Below are positions 12,599 to 24,539 of a stretch of 64,000 bases of DNA, one piece after another (position 1 is the stretch's first letter; every line of letters starts with the position of its first letter). A program made the position numbers and the translations under genes. Source of the DNA: Macrostomum lignano (lineage: Eukaryota); the NCBI GenBank assembly GCA_002269645.1, contig NIVC01000240.1:1-64000 (forward strand), read 5' to 3'. The notes beneath the pieces were generated by a model, which was not told where the DNA came from, made no database searches, and saw only the letters and a list, made by a program, of their open reading frames with translations.

Positions 12599-12889
12599 CT
12601 GGGGAAACTTAGCCGCCAACCGCCTGTGACAATCTTCGAGCAGTTTAGAGCCAACCAGCCCCTGCCGAGTGATGAGCACAACAACCGGCACATCTTGGCC
12701 AGCCTCGTTTACCTCGCGTTTCCAATCGGCCCGGGAGATTTCGCGCACCTGTCCGAATCGAGACTTGGCGGCGGCGTCGCGCATCTCGGCCAGCCGCTGC
12801 CGGCGATAAGCTTCGAGAAATTTCTCGTCATCGCTGTCCACGTCATCCTCGGCCGCGGCGAGCTCGTCAAGGTTCATGTCGGCCAGGTC
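12599..12889 (-). CDS. PDCL3: Phosducin-like 3, exon 2
   Basis: DMNLDELAAAEDD...FLEAYRRQRLAEM...SRFGQVREISRADWKREVNEAG...LAAKFPQ. 291 nt, canonical AG/GT. Confidence 0.93.
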
Positions 12890-13034
12890 CTGAGTTTTAT
12901 TTTGTTTCATAAATAATAATCTCTGTACCAAAGCGATTATATACTACTTACCGTACTTTCATCATTAGTAGTATTGATGATCGAATGTTATGCAGCAGGA
13001 TTTATTCGGTGATTTACTGTCATCTTAACAATCT

Positions 13035-13324
13035 GTAGGGGAAAGGGTTGTAGCCTAGTGGTCAGGGCGTCGGAATCGCGACTGAAAGGTCGGGGGTTCG
13101 ATGCTTGACCCAGTCGGAACAGTTTGTGTCCTTAAGCAAGAAACTTAACTCTGCATTGCTTCAGTTCACCCAGCCATAAAATGGAGAATCAACATTAGCT
13201 GGGGTAATTGAGGGTGTGTGTGACGACCCTCCAGCCGTACGCAGCCTTCAGATGCGCCGCGCAATATCTGGGCGGAGCTGTCGGTTTCACATCTGCCCAT
13301 TAGTGCAGGTGTAATCACTTATTA
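13035..13324 (+). mobile_element. tRNA-derived CORE-type SINE, copy 1 (CpG intact)
   Basis: A-box TAGCCTAGTGGT, B-box GGTTCGATGC, MIR-CORE-like GTGTCCTTAAGCAAGAAACTTAACTCTGCATTGCTTCAGTTCACCCAG..TAAAATGG, (TTA) tail, 10-bp TSD TTAACAATCT (13025-13034 / 13325-13334). Confidence 0.85.
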
Positions 13325-13541
13325 TTAACAATCTTGAAAACTAAGCACACCAATGCTAGTTATGCTAGTCAATAACTAGCTAGTTAATATGGCAATAGCA
13401 ACCAAAGAGATATCTAAACTTGCTTGAACTTTTGATAACCTATGAAATTCTGAGGTTCCAGGAACAATCATATCTCGGAATATCAAAAGTTCAAATTCAA
13501 TCCAATTTGTAATCCCATTAAAACTATGAAAAAACGCTCAC

Positions 13542-13709
13542 CTTTTTGCCTGATGCGGCAGCAGCAGCAAGTTTCTCTTCCACTGTCTGGTCAACAACCT
13601 CTGCCAATTCATCTTCCTTGATATGAGGATCTAAGATGCCCTTCTTGCGCAAGATTTCTTCCCATTCAGTGCCCCTGTCTGATTGGGGTGCACAGTACTG
13701 CCAGCTCAT
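13542..13709 (-). CDS. PDCL3: Phosducin-like 3, exon 1
   Basis: MSWQ...TEWEEILRKKGIL (TEWxDILRKKGIL motif). Donor AAG|GTGAGC. The four exons give 244 aa. Confidence 0.9.
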
Positions 13710-14370
13710 ATGTGTTCTTTTAGTTATAAATTTAAAAATTTATACACAATAGTATAAAACACTCAGTAGCTGTAAAACAGATTGAAGGTGTTGCATTTAT
13801 AATGCACAAGTAATTATATTTAAATATTACTATTAAGCTATTTAGTAAAGTTTCTTATAACTAGGATTTAAGGATTTTTACTTCTAAAAATATTAAGTAT
13901 AATTTATTAAAAGTAAAAAAATAAATAAAATATTACTATTCAATGTTACTTTGATGCTCAAAAATTATATACTTTTCCTTTTAATATCCATAGTAGAATA
14001 GTGAAGTGCCTAATTAAGCACATTTTTTATTTAAAACTATAAACTAAAAAATCTATTATATACTAAATATGGTTTATCTATGTGTGATCAGTTTTAGCAA
14101 AAATGGCCTAACTGATTTTCTTCAAACTTGCAATAGTGAATTTTGATTTTTTTGTTCTTTTTCAACTCATTTTAAATGCCCACTGTTGTCTAAAACAAAA
14201 AAGAGCTTCATTCTATCCCAGATATTTCAAAGTAAGACAAAATACTCTAAAATGCTTTAAAAGCCATTTTGCAACATATTTTATAAAGTTAAGAAAGTGC
14301 TAACTAAAAACATTAAGCAATATAGATTTTTGATACCATATGCATATGGTCTTACTAGTATTATAAATCT

Positions 14371-14672
14371 GAGGTGGTTAAAGTCTAATGGTTACTGTTG
14401 AACTCATGACTTGAAGGTTAGGGTTCAATTCCCAATCCCACTGGAACAATTTATATACTTGAGCAAAACACTTAACTCTACATTGCTTCAGTTCACCTAG
14501 CTGTAAAATGGGGAATCAGTATTAGCTGGGGTAATTGATTGTAGTATATATTTCAACCCTTAGCCATTGGACTGAACAGTCATATGTAGCCTTTAGATGT
14601 GCCATCCAATAGCTGCAGATGAGCTATTAATTACACAACTGGCCCAATTAGGGTAGGCATAATCTATTATTA
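14371..14672 (+). mobile_element. CORE-type SINE, copy 2 (no CpG left, TpA-enriched)
   Basis: Colinear with copy 1 over its full length (CTTAACTCTACATTGCTTCAGTTCACCTAGCTGTAAAATGGGG). Confidence 0.8.
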
Positions 14673-17600
14673 AAGATAGTTTTCTTCTAATATTTTAAAT
14701 CTGAACTGTCTATCTATCTAAGCAATTGATAGCTCAACCTATTTGAACAAAACTTGCATCATTTGATAACAACTTTGTCAAATCAATACACATATATTGG
14801 CTGAGAATTTGATTGAATTGATTATTTTTTATATTTGAAATGGAAAATGGTTGATTCAGTACAAAACATTAACTGACTATTTTAGGCTTTTGTTGTAATT
14901 GGTCACTATTATTTTCTTGTGAATGTTAACAAAATAGTTTTGAAATTAAAATTGGTTTATCATTTTAAAATGGATAAACTTTTTAATATACATGTAATAC
15001 CTTGGCATATTTTAAAATTGTTATTTGAATAGGATCACATTAGCAATTTCAATGTATTCCATATACCTGACTATTAGGCTTAAGAGCAGACTAGTCATTA
15101 TTTCATTATTAATATATATTCATCAATGCATATAAAAATATTGTGTATATAAGTATGAAGCCAGGCCAAGCCAGGCCTAAATAGCTTGCATAAACCATAA
15201 AAAACTTGCTCAATAGCTAGGGCAGAGCACAAGCACCTATACCACAAAGATGCAAGATTGCAAGAGCATAAGAAAGGCAAAAACATATAACATAGAGAGC
15301 AAGCAAACTTCCTATAGAGGGCCAAAGGGAATGGCTCCCTAATATTTAGTTTAGTTGTGCATTATGTACATGCTTTCAATGCTTTGCTTTAAACATAACT
15401 GGCTACCTTTTAATCAAGGCTCAGTTATATTGCCTTGAAATAAGCAACCAAGTTATATGACTCATGGACATAGACAAAAAAGAATAGGTATAGACTATGT
15501 AATTACTAAAATTGGCCAGATTTGATTGTTGTATAAATGAGCCTTAAGTCTTGGCTAGGTTTATTCATAGGAATGTGTACTGCTAAAATTGCTATTTAAT
15601 TTTTATGCATGTATGAATTTAGCTTTTTTATGGATTTTTAGCCATAATTATTGCAAGCTATATATATATAGCTTGTGTATTAGTTAATGAGCCATTTAAG
15701 AGCCAGGTAAATTTTATTTTGTTATTTAAAGAAGCAAAATTTGAATCATTTGAAAAATGAAACAAAAGCAATGGTCATAGCATCAAAGTGCCTTACTTTG
15801 AGTCACAGTATTGACTTGCCTTATGAGGAAAATATGTATGAAAAATCACGTATTATAAACATTTCAAAAAGGGCAAGAAGGGGTCCTAACTAAAAAGCCT
15901 AGCAAGACAGGTTCCTGAATAATTATACTGCTATAATTTAGAATTTTATAGTATTAGATATCATCAGTGTCCTTGTGCAGTCTAGCTGCAGAAAAATGAT
16001 GACACATAATTACAAAAAGCCACTATGATAATGGCTAATAAATTGGCAAAAATGAGAGTCTACAATTTTTGGAAACTTCTATAGACTAAATAGAACATTG
16101 GCAAAAAGGCAAAATTATTTTGCTAAAAATGCAACAACTAGCAGGTATAGAGGCATCTTGCATATATAATGCTTCCAACATATTTGCTATTAACAAAACT
16201 AAGGTACCTAAGGCTGGAGGTTTGCAAGCCTAGTTTGAGGAGTGACAACCTGTTGTAGCAATTTCATTGACATATCTTGGCTCTTAATAAGAATTCAAAA
16301 TAGTTGTAGATTACTATCTAATTGCCTGTAAGGATAGCTGTTGTCCAAATTAGAAGCAGAGATCGATCAGCTAGGATTTTATATTTTTATGTCAACTAAT
16401 ACTTTTAACACTCTTATTGTGAGGTTATGATTAAAAGCAAGTGGCACAAAAGACTGGCAGACGCGGCCCAGAAAGGGGAAACGAACCCCTTAAGCGACGA
16501 AATATATTGTTTTTGTTATTTAAAAGAAAATATATATTTGCCAAAAATACGCCGACTTAGCGGCCACGACGCGTGACTAAATAGCACAGAGCGGAGGGGG
16601 AGGCTGCCCTAAGCCCTGCACGCACGCAGAGCACCAGCCCCCACCAACCCACCAAAGTAAGGCCAGGCCGGCGCGGGTTGGGGGGGGGAGGGTTTAAAAC
16701 CAGTTAAAGTCAGATACCTGCCTCAAACTGACGTATTAAACCCCAAAAGACTAACGCAGAGTAAAAGCAAGTGGCACAAAAGACTGGCAGACGCGGCCCA
16801 GAAAGGGGAAGCGAACCCCAACACCAACAGAAAGAGGGAGAAAAATAAATTCAACGAGCCGCAGAAGAAATTAAAACCAAGATAAAAAAGCCATGTCAAA
16901 GCATTAGCTCTAAGACTCGCACCTGAGCTTGGGATCTGCTTCAGCCGTCGCAGCTCGCTCCGCTCGAGAACCGCGCCAGAGACCGGGGCTCAGCGCGAGC
17001 GACGCCTGCTCAAGCAACCGGGCTGCCGTTGACTCGACTCATTGAGGCAGGCCCTGCGCAGATCTTCCGGCTGCGCCTTGGCCCGGCCAAAGTAGCGCAG
17101 CAGAAACAGCAGCATGTGGCGGGGATGCGTCAGGCAGCGCGACAGCGGGTCGCTCAGCAGCTGCCAGGACCCCGGCATATGGTCGTGCCTCAGACTCTGC
17201 CAGAGTGGCCGTTTTGAGCAGGGTCATGATGATTGGGTTGCTGGAGGCACCGCGGTTGATGGAGCCGACCGCCGCGCTGCTGTCGACGTAGCCAGGCCAC
17301 CTTGCCGCCGGCCAGCTGCTCCTGGAACAGAATGATGGCGAGCAGCGGCAGTACCGTCTCCTTGGCGTTGATGTGCTCGCTCAGGAAGATGCCACCGGCG
17401 TCACTGCAGAAGTCGACGAGGCGGAACTCGCGCTGGCCATCAGAGGTGCTCAGGATCATGCCACTGGCACTGACGCAGGCGTCCGTCTCGACCGCTGCCA
17501 GCACTCGGGCACGCCGCCACAGCTTGTCGGTCGGGAACACTGGGATTTCATGCTGCCTGAACTGCAACTGGGCCAGTAGCTCGCCGCGCACCGGTACTCG

Positions 17601-17690
17601 ATGATGCTGCTCAGGAATAGCGATGGTAATCTCCAGGAGCGCGCGAAGCAGGGCCTTTGCAGGTTTGGCCACTTTGCAGAACCAGTTCAG

Positions 17691-18620
17691 TTAGCCGACT
17701 AGGTGCTGAAGGCGACGTTTTTGCAGGCTCTTCGAGTTGGCGCAGTCCTGGAGAAGTTCTTTAAGGCCGTCCATCTTCTCGGTGGGCAGTGACAGCAGGC
17801 CAGTCAATGTGTCGATCCGCACACCCAGGAAAGTGACCGAAGTGGCTGGGCTCTGCGTCTTGGCCCAGTTGATCTCAAAGCCGAGGCGCTGCAGGGTGGC
17901 CAGCAGAAAATTGTGCAGCTGCAGGCAGACCTCGTAGTCCCGGGCAGCTATGCAGAAATCGTCGAGGTATGCGATGACGACGAATTTGGACAGATGCGAG
18001 ATTTTCCTGTACATGAAGCGCTTGACAGCTTGCGTTAGGCGGTGGAAAATGTTGATTGATGCCGCCGCACCGAATGGGAGTCGCGTGTCAACCAGGTAGG
18101 TTGGCTGACCGTCCAGCTCGAACGTCCACCGGAGCCCCTGTCGCCTGATAGCAGTCTGGGTGCACCTGAACGCTTCGGTAGGCGTGGCGAAGGTCGACCT
18201 TGCTGAGAAACCAGCCTGGTGCCAGCTGCCTGGTGAGATCCTCGACATTAGCAAACTTCATCTTCTGGCGGGGCTTGTACAGATCGTTGAGGCTGTTGCC
18301 CTGTGGCGCGGACGCGTCGTGAATCAGGTGGATGGCGCCGTATGCCTTCGGGACGGCGCCCAGTGGGCTGATGATGGTCGGCCTGGCGATGCCCAAGTCA
18401 GTTGCGCTGATGTACGGTACATCATGTACCGGCCACCCACGACCTCCTCTCTGATCTGCAGCTCAACGGCATGCCGATTCGCCTCGCAGCGGGCGGATGC
18501 ATGATTTTCGAGCTGGGATTCGCTGGTCGGAGCCGCGTCGGTGATGCAAAAGCCATCGCGAATTCCCGCGATCAGAAACTCCGCGTCCGAGCCTCCGAGC
18601 TGGACTGGTGTCCAAGCAGC
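17691..18620 (-). pseudogene. Reverse transcriptase of the Ngaro-type element (frameshifted)
   Basis: EFLIAGIRDGF...IHLIHDAS.P...FLSKVDLRHAYRSVQVHP...YLVDTRLPFG...AYLDDF...LGFEINWAKT...FLGVRID, spread over three frames. Confidence 0.88.
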
Positions 18621-18699
18621 AGTTGACAGCGGCCAACGTTTTTGGAGTGCAGCCACCGGGCCGGCAACAGGGCCGGCAGCAGGGCCGGCAGCAGGGCCA

Positions 18700-19708
18700 G
18701 CGGCAGGGCGAGTGGCAAGGTGTGTTGTGTTGAGCTGTGTTGCAGATGCGGCAGATGTGGGCGAAATTGCAGGTGTGTCTGTGGCAGCCTTTTTTGCTAT
18801 TGAACAGGCCGCAGATGACTTGTCCAGCGGATGACAGCTGGCCCTGCTACGGTGACCCTGGACTCCTTGACCAACCGCCACTGGGCCAGCAGCTCGCAGG
18901 TTTTTAGGCGCCGTCATATGCTTGATGATGAGGTTCAGATCAGGGCTGTCCCAGTCGCGCTGTCGCGAGTGCTGCTGCAGCCTCATGTCCTGGTCGTACT
19001 GGAGCACCACCTTCCAGTCGTAGCCTGCGTCGATCAGCTCGCCGATGTGGATGTTAAAGTTGAGGTAGGCGCTCAGCCTCTTGCAGTCGGGCTGTCCATC
19101 CGTACCGGGCGCCACCAGCTGGCCGGTCTTCAGCAGTCGCTGCATGATCCGCGTGTTGGCAGCCACCCACTGGCCGAAGTTGACTCCGGACAGGCTCGGC
19201 GTTGCGCCTTTCAGAGTCAGGCGACCATGTTCCTGTGTCAGCCATCCTCCCGACTGCTGCCTCTCGTCCAGAAAGTCCGGGATGAGCAGCGCTGATGGGG
19301 GCCGCTGGGCTCCGGCCGAATCAAACCTCGGTTGTCAGCTCTGGTCCCCGAACAGGCTGGCGTAGATGTCCAGCCCTCCTCTGGCCAGCGGGGGCGATGC
19401 GGTGCCACTGCAGATCGACTGCACTTCATCCCGCAACTGGGCCTCAGCCTTCTGCAGTTTCAGCAGCTCGATCCTCTTCTGAGTCTGCCGAATCTGCACT
19501 TCTGTGGCCTCCTTCGCTGGCGCAGCCTGGCGCACGTCATCTTCGTCCTGGTCATTGTCACCATTGTCGTCGCTGGGAGCTTGTTTGGCCTGGCTTGCAG
19601 CAAGCAGGCGGCCTATCAGCTCTTCTTTATTGCCACTTGTAGTAAGGCCTTCTCGCGTAAGCCATCTTTGAGGGCCTGCATGGTCATGCTGCCTAACGTA
19701 GAGTCCAT
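18700..19708 (-). pseudogene. Gag-like ORF of the Ngaro-type element with N-terminal SAP motif and C-terminal Cys/His finger
   Basis: MDSTLGSMTMQALKDGLREK(G)LTTSGNKEELIGRLL after restoring one G. In-frame TGA at 19335-19337. LLIPDFL and YDWKVVLQYD segments. Confidence 0.7.
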
Positions 19709-20479
19709 TGTGATTGCAGTGCTTGGCAAATTAGGCAGGCTAAAAATATTTTGCCAAAAATATGCCAAATCAGCGGCCACAATGCGTGACTAAATAGCAT
19801 AGAGTGGAGGGGGAGGCTGCCCTAAGCCCTGCATGCATGCAGAGCACCAGCACCCCACCAACCCCACCAAAGCGAGGCCAGGCTGGCGCGGGGAAGGGTT
19901 TAAAACCAGTTAGAGTCGTATACCTGCCTCAAACTGACGTATTAAAGACTCCAATTTTGCCTTGTGCTTCTATGCAATAGTCTATAATATCCTTTGAAAT
20001 AGAATAATTAAAGGAACACTCAAAGTATTATCAAGCTGACAATATTCCCATTGGGTTAATCAGTATATATGCACTTTCATAAATGGAAAAAAGGGACTAA
20101 AATTATTACCTCTTAAACTAATTTATTTGCTTGCAATTTTAAACATAATAAATAAAAGGTTACCACTTATGGAAAATTAATTTATCAAGTTGCTTTTTAA
20201 TTATTAAAAAATGGCAAAATTTACATTTATACTATTATAAAAAATTTTATAATGGGATAATAACAAGATTATTATAGTGCTACTTTGGAGAGTTTTCCAT
20301 TTTGAGTAAGCAGCCGATAGGGGCATAGCCTTCTATTAAGCAGATAAGAACCAAAATAAAGGGTCTAAATTCTACAAACTAGTATCTTATAATAATATAA
20401 TTTGTCAACTTTAGAAATAACTTGCCTAATAGATAATAAATTAATATACCTTTTAATACTTTTTATATAAGTGAAGTTT

Positions 20480-20762
20480 TATTTAGTCTTTAGCTAGCTT
20501 AGTCCTAAAAAAAGAGTTTTGATTTAGTAAGAACTTGGGTTTACTATAGATGTGACTTACATGTAAAAGAAACCCTAAAGCAAAATTAACGCTACTTTGG
20601 GTAAACAGCAGGAGTAATTATGACTGTCTTAATAAGGCAAAATGCCTCATCATCTACTTAGTAATACTTGGGTAATTCAGGTAGGCATTTTTGTGACTTC
20701 CTTGGTTGGCTGCCAAATTGGTTGGCCATATTGGCCAACTTTGCCAACTGTTGCACATGTAT
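20480..20762 (-). mobile_element. Decayed copy of the hAT-like MITE at 23298-23594
   Basis: The reverse complement of 20548-20762 aligns to 23298-23517 with mostly CpG transitions. The left end is degenerate. Confidence 0.75.
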
Positions 20763-21339
20763 AATAATATATTTAGTCAAGTTAGTTTTTTTTTTCTCTT
20801 CCTAAATAGCAATAGGCTGGATTGCTATTAGAATTAAAGTTAGGCCTAACTTAAATGAGTGTTCAGTGTCATTGATTAAAGCAATAAATATTTTAGGCAT
20901 TAAGTTATAAGCCTATAGCTATACATTGTATAGTATAATAGAGATAGGTTAATGGGGATTAAAGTTAAGAAAAATGTTTTTATCTTTAATATAAAAGGAA
21001 CTTTCTACTTAGGTTAAGAACTCAAATAATAAAGATTGTTAAGGCTTTATACATATTTGTTAAGTAGGATATAATAGGCACTAAAAGTAGACCTAAGATA
21101 AATGTTTTTTAATGAGAATAACTCCTAATCCTTATTAGAATTATACTTAAATAATAGGCCCTAAATTATAAAGACTATAAATATATAGTATACACTTTAG
21201 ATATTTTGGATAAAAGACTGAAATGAAGATCCACAGTTCAGAAGGCAACACATGCAACATGTATGCCAGGATTTCCTAACATATAATAAGGAAAGGTACT
21301 TGCCATTTTCAGCATATTCCAATATACTAAAAATCAAAA

Positions 21340-21440
21340 CTTCCTATATACTAAAAATGAGTTGTCTGTAGGTAGGTAGGTATGCGATAGATTTCAGAAA
21401 AAAATGGCTCAACTGATTTTCTTCAAACTTGCACCATTCG
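21340..21440 (+). mobile_element. Possible Helitron/DINE-like non-autonomous 5' segment (related piece at ~14040-14130)
   Basis: CTATATACTAAAAATGAG, (GTAG)n microsatellite and AACTGATTTTCTTCAAACTTGCA core, shared between the two loci. Confidence 0.35.
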
Positions 21441-21944
21441 ATCAGAAATTTTCCTGGGATGGTACATGCATCTTGGCTAAGAAATTGCTCAATGTTAAAG
21501 GGATTAAATATTCGAAAAACATGCTTTTTTGCAAAGGTCAAGCAGCTCTTTTGACCTGGAATGCATTGTAAGAATGCTAAAGAAAAAACTGACTGGCTGA
21601 ATTCCGATTATGATAAAGATTGCATCACAACAAGTTGAAAACAGTGTCGAAGAAATGCACACACGACTTGATAAAAATTGCATAACCATATTGCTAACTT
21701 AAATTGAGACTGATACTGGCTGACTGAGAAATTGATTATGTCATAACTTTTTACTTCAATTGACTTGCTGTAAGAATTGAATTATAAGGGCCACAATTCA
21801 TGTTCTCCAATTGAAAAGAGATAGCCAAGATGCAAACAGACTGGAATGCTAATGTAGCGACCTGGGTTCAAATCTTAGTAGTGTAAAAAGAAAAAGATTT
21901 TTTTATCAAAATACCTTAAAAACACAAAACTGCTAAACATAATA

Positions 21945-23115
21945 GAAGCGCAATGTCAAACATAGAAGAGCCACCATGTCGAACAATAAAGAGCCAACAT
22001 TTCGAATATAAAAGAGTTACCATGTCAAACATAAAAGAGCCACCATGCCAAACATAAAATAAGCACTATGTCAAACATATACGTGACTCTATGTCAAAGA
22101 TTAAAAAGTCACCATGTCAAACATAGAAGAGCCACCATATCAAACCTAAACAAGCCACCACGTCTAACATTTAAGAGCCACCACATCTAACATTAAAGAG
22201 CCACCATGTCAAACATTTAAAAGCCACCATGTCAAACATTTAAGAGCCACCTTGTCAAACATTTAAGAGCCACCATGTCAAACATATATGTGACTTTATG
22301 TTAAACTTTAAAGAGCCACCATTTTGAACATTAAAGAGCCACCATGTAAAATATTTAAGAGCCACCATGTCAAACATTAAATAGCCACTTTGTCGAACAT
22401 TAAAGAGCCACCGTGTCAAACATAAAAGAGCCACCATGTTAAACATTAAAGAGCCACCATGTCAAACATAAAAGAGCCACCATGTCAGACATTAAAAAGC
22501 CACTGTATCAAACATAAAAGAGTTACCATGTAGAACAAAAAACAGCCACCATGTCGAAAATAAAAGAGCCAGCCACCATGTAGAATATTAAAGAGCCACC
22601 ATGAAGAACATTAAAGAGCCACCATGTCAAAGATTTAAAAGCCACCATGGCAAACATATATGTGGCTTTATGTCAAACATAAAAGAGCCACTATGCCAAA
22701 CATAAAATAAGCACTATGTCAAACATATACGTGACTCCATGTCAAAGATTAAAAAGCCACCATGTCAAACATTTAAAAGCCACCATGTCAAACATTTAAG
22801 AGCCACCATGTCAAATATATATTTGACTTTATGTCAAACATTAAAGAGCCACCATGTCAGACATTAAAAAGCCACCATATCAAACATAAAAGAGCTACCA
22901 TTTAGAACAAAAAACAGCCATGATGTCGAACATTAAGGAGCCACTTTGTCTAACATTAAAGAGCCACCATGTCAAAGATTTAAGAGCCACCATGTCAAAT
23001 ATTTAGGAGCCACCATGTCAAACATAAAAGAGCCATCATGTGAAACATATACGTGACTCAATGTCAAACATTAAAGAGCCACCATGTCAAACATTAAAGA
23101 GCCACCTTTTTAAAC
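21945..23115. repeat. Degenerate 23-bp minisatellite
   Basis: Unit TTAAAGAGCCACCATGTCAAACA, with GTCGAAC / GTCAAAC / GTCTAAC variants. Confidence 0.9.
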
Positions 23116-23297
23116 AAAAAGGGACCCTATTTTAAACATAAAAGAAGTGTCATGCCAAACAAAATGGAACCATTATAAAGCTAAGGAAATTGTTGCACTA
23201 GCTACTTGTTCTCTGGTGGATGCTTGCTATTTAAGGATGGATACTTGCTTACAAGGGGATGCTTGCTCTTGTGGGTGGAGGGTACTTGCTATCTGAG

Positions 23298-23594
23298 CAT
23301 ACATGCGCAACAGTCGGCCGAGTCGGCCGATCCGGCCGGCTGATTTGGCAGCCAACCAAGGAAGTCGCAAAAATGCCCACCCAAAAAATACCCACGCAGT
23401 AGTACTAAGTAGCTGACGAGGCATTTTTGCCTGATAAGACAGTCATAGTTACTCCCGCCGTTTACCCAAAGTTGCGTTAATTTTGCTTTAGGGTTTTTTT
23501 ACATGTAAGTCGCATTTTTGGCCAAAAACTACGTCGCATTTTTGTTAAAACTAAGTCGCACGGCCGACCGAATTTTGGACGTTGCGCATGTATG
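23298..23594 (+). mobile_element. Young hAT-like MITE (297 bp)
   Basis: Perfect 14-bp TIR CATACATGCGCAAC / GTTGCGCATGTATG and perfect 8-bp TSD TATCTGAG (23290-23297 / 23595-23602). Confidence 0.9.
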
Positions 23595-23639
23595 TATCTG
23601 AGAGGGGGTTGCTAGATATCTATAAGGTATCTTTATATC

Positions 23640-24070
23640 CAGGTTATGCTTGCTATCAGGGGTTTCTTGCTATCTGCGGGATGCTTGCTATCTAGGGTTG
23701 CTTGCTATCTGGGGATGCTTGCTATCTGGGGTTGCTTGCTATCGGGGGATGCTTGCTATCTGGGAGAATGGGGAGATGTTTGCTATCTGCGGGATGCTTG
23801 CTGTCTAGGAGATGCTTACTATCTGGGGCCTGGGGGAATGCTTGCTATTTGGGGATGCTTGCTATCTAGGGAGTCTTGCTATCTGGGGTTGCTTGCTATT
23901 GGGGGGATGCTTGCTACCTGGGGAATGCTTGCAGTCTGGGGGATGCTTGCTATTTGAGGATTGATGCTTGAATGCTGTCTGAGGATGCTTGCTGTCTTGG
24001 GATGTTTTGTTTTTAGAGAGAATGTCTGTTGTTGTTTTTTGAAGGCTTTATTTTGCTGTCTATTTGTTAT
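23640..24070 (-). repeat. Inverted copy of the 17-18-bp-array repeat at 3946-4380
   Basis: GCTTGCTATCTGGGGGAT units plus shared flank. Confidence 0.75.
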
Positions 24071-24539
24071 TTTTAAAGAACAAGGATTCTATCCAGATGT
24101 CCCCCATCGGGGGGCGAAGATTGCTAGTTATATCAACTAATCAAATAAATCAATGTATATCATGGCATATTCCGCATATATGATATAGTTAGGCCTAAAA
24201 CATTGTGTCAGTGACATATTTTTAGTCCTAGCATACAAATGAGGTCTTATACTTTTTTTCCTGACCAGACCTACCATATACTACTAGACCTAATACAAGA
24301 TTTAATTCCAAACTAGGGGCCTATGGGTTAGGCCTAAGATGAATGCTTTTATTTTTATCATAAAAAACTTATAAAGACTTGAAGGCTAAATCCTTGTGGC
24401 CAAGAAAGCATAGGCCCCCAAACTAGTTTCCCATTCTAAATTATTTTCTAGATTTTTTAAACTTTTGCTTTTAGTCTTATAATATAAAAGTAAAAATAAA
24501 ATGTCACAGTGTAAGATAGCATTCATTATTTTACCATTT

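Larger units (their letters stand above)
16432..19946 (-). mobile_element. DIRS-order retrotransposon with split direct repeats (Ngaro/PAT-type), degenerate
   Basis: Layout A1(19946-19750)-gag-RT-RNaseH-B1(16819-16762)-A2(16740-16537)-B2(16489-16432). B copies are 58 bp with 1 mismatch. RT motifs KVDLRHAYR, LPFG, YLDD (17959-17970), FLG. RNase H motifs TDA, HINAKE, SDPLSR. Gag zinc knuckle ICGLFN..GC...CNFAHICRIC...H. Frameshifts and in-frame stops present. Confidence 0.92.

Noticed and set aside
13035-13120. tRNA gene
   Set aside because: A/B boxes continue into a CORE domain and tail with a TSD, and no full cloverleaf is evident. It is a SINE head.
21945-23115. Repeated perfect Kozak GCCACCATG as a translation-control array
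   Set aside because: It lies in non-coding repeat DNA with no evidence of being in an mRNA. Probably coincidental.
20548-23517. Long TIRs of a single 3-kb transposon
   Set aside because: The right copy has its own 14-bp TIRs and 8-bp TSD, so these are two independent MITE insertions.
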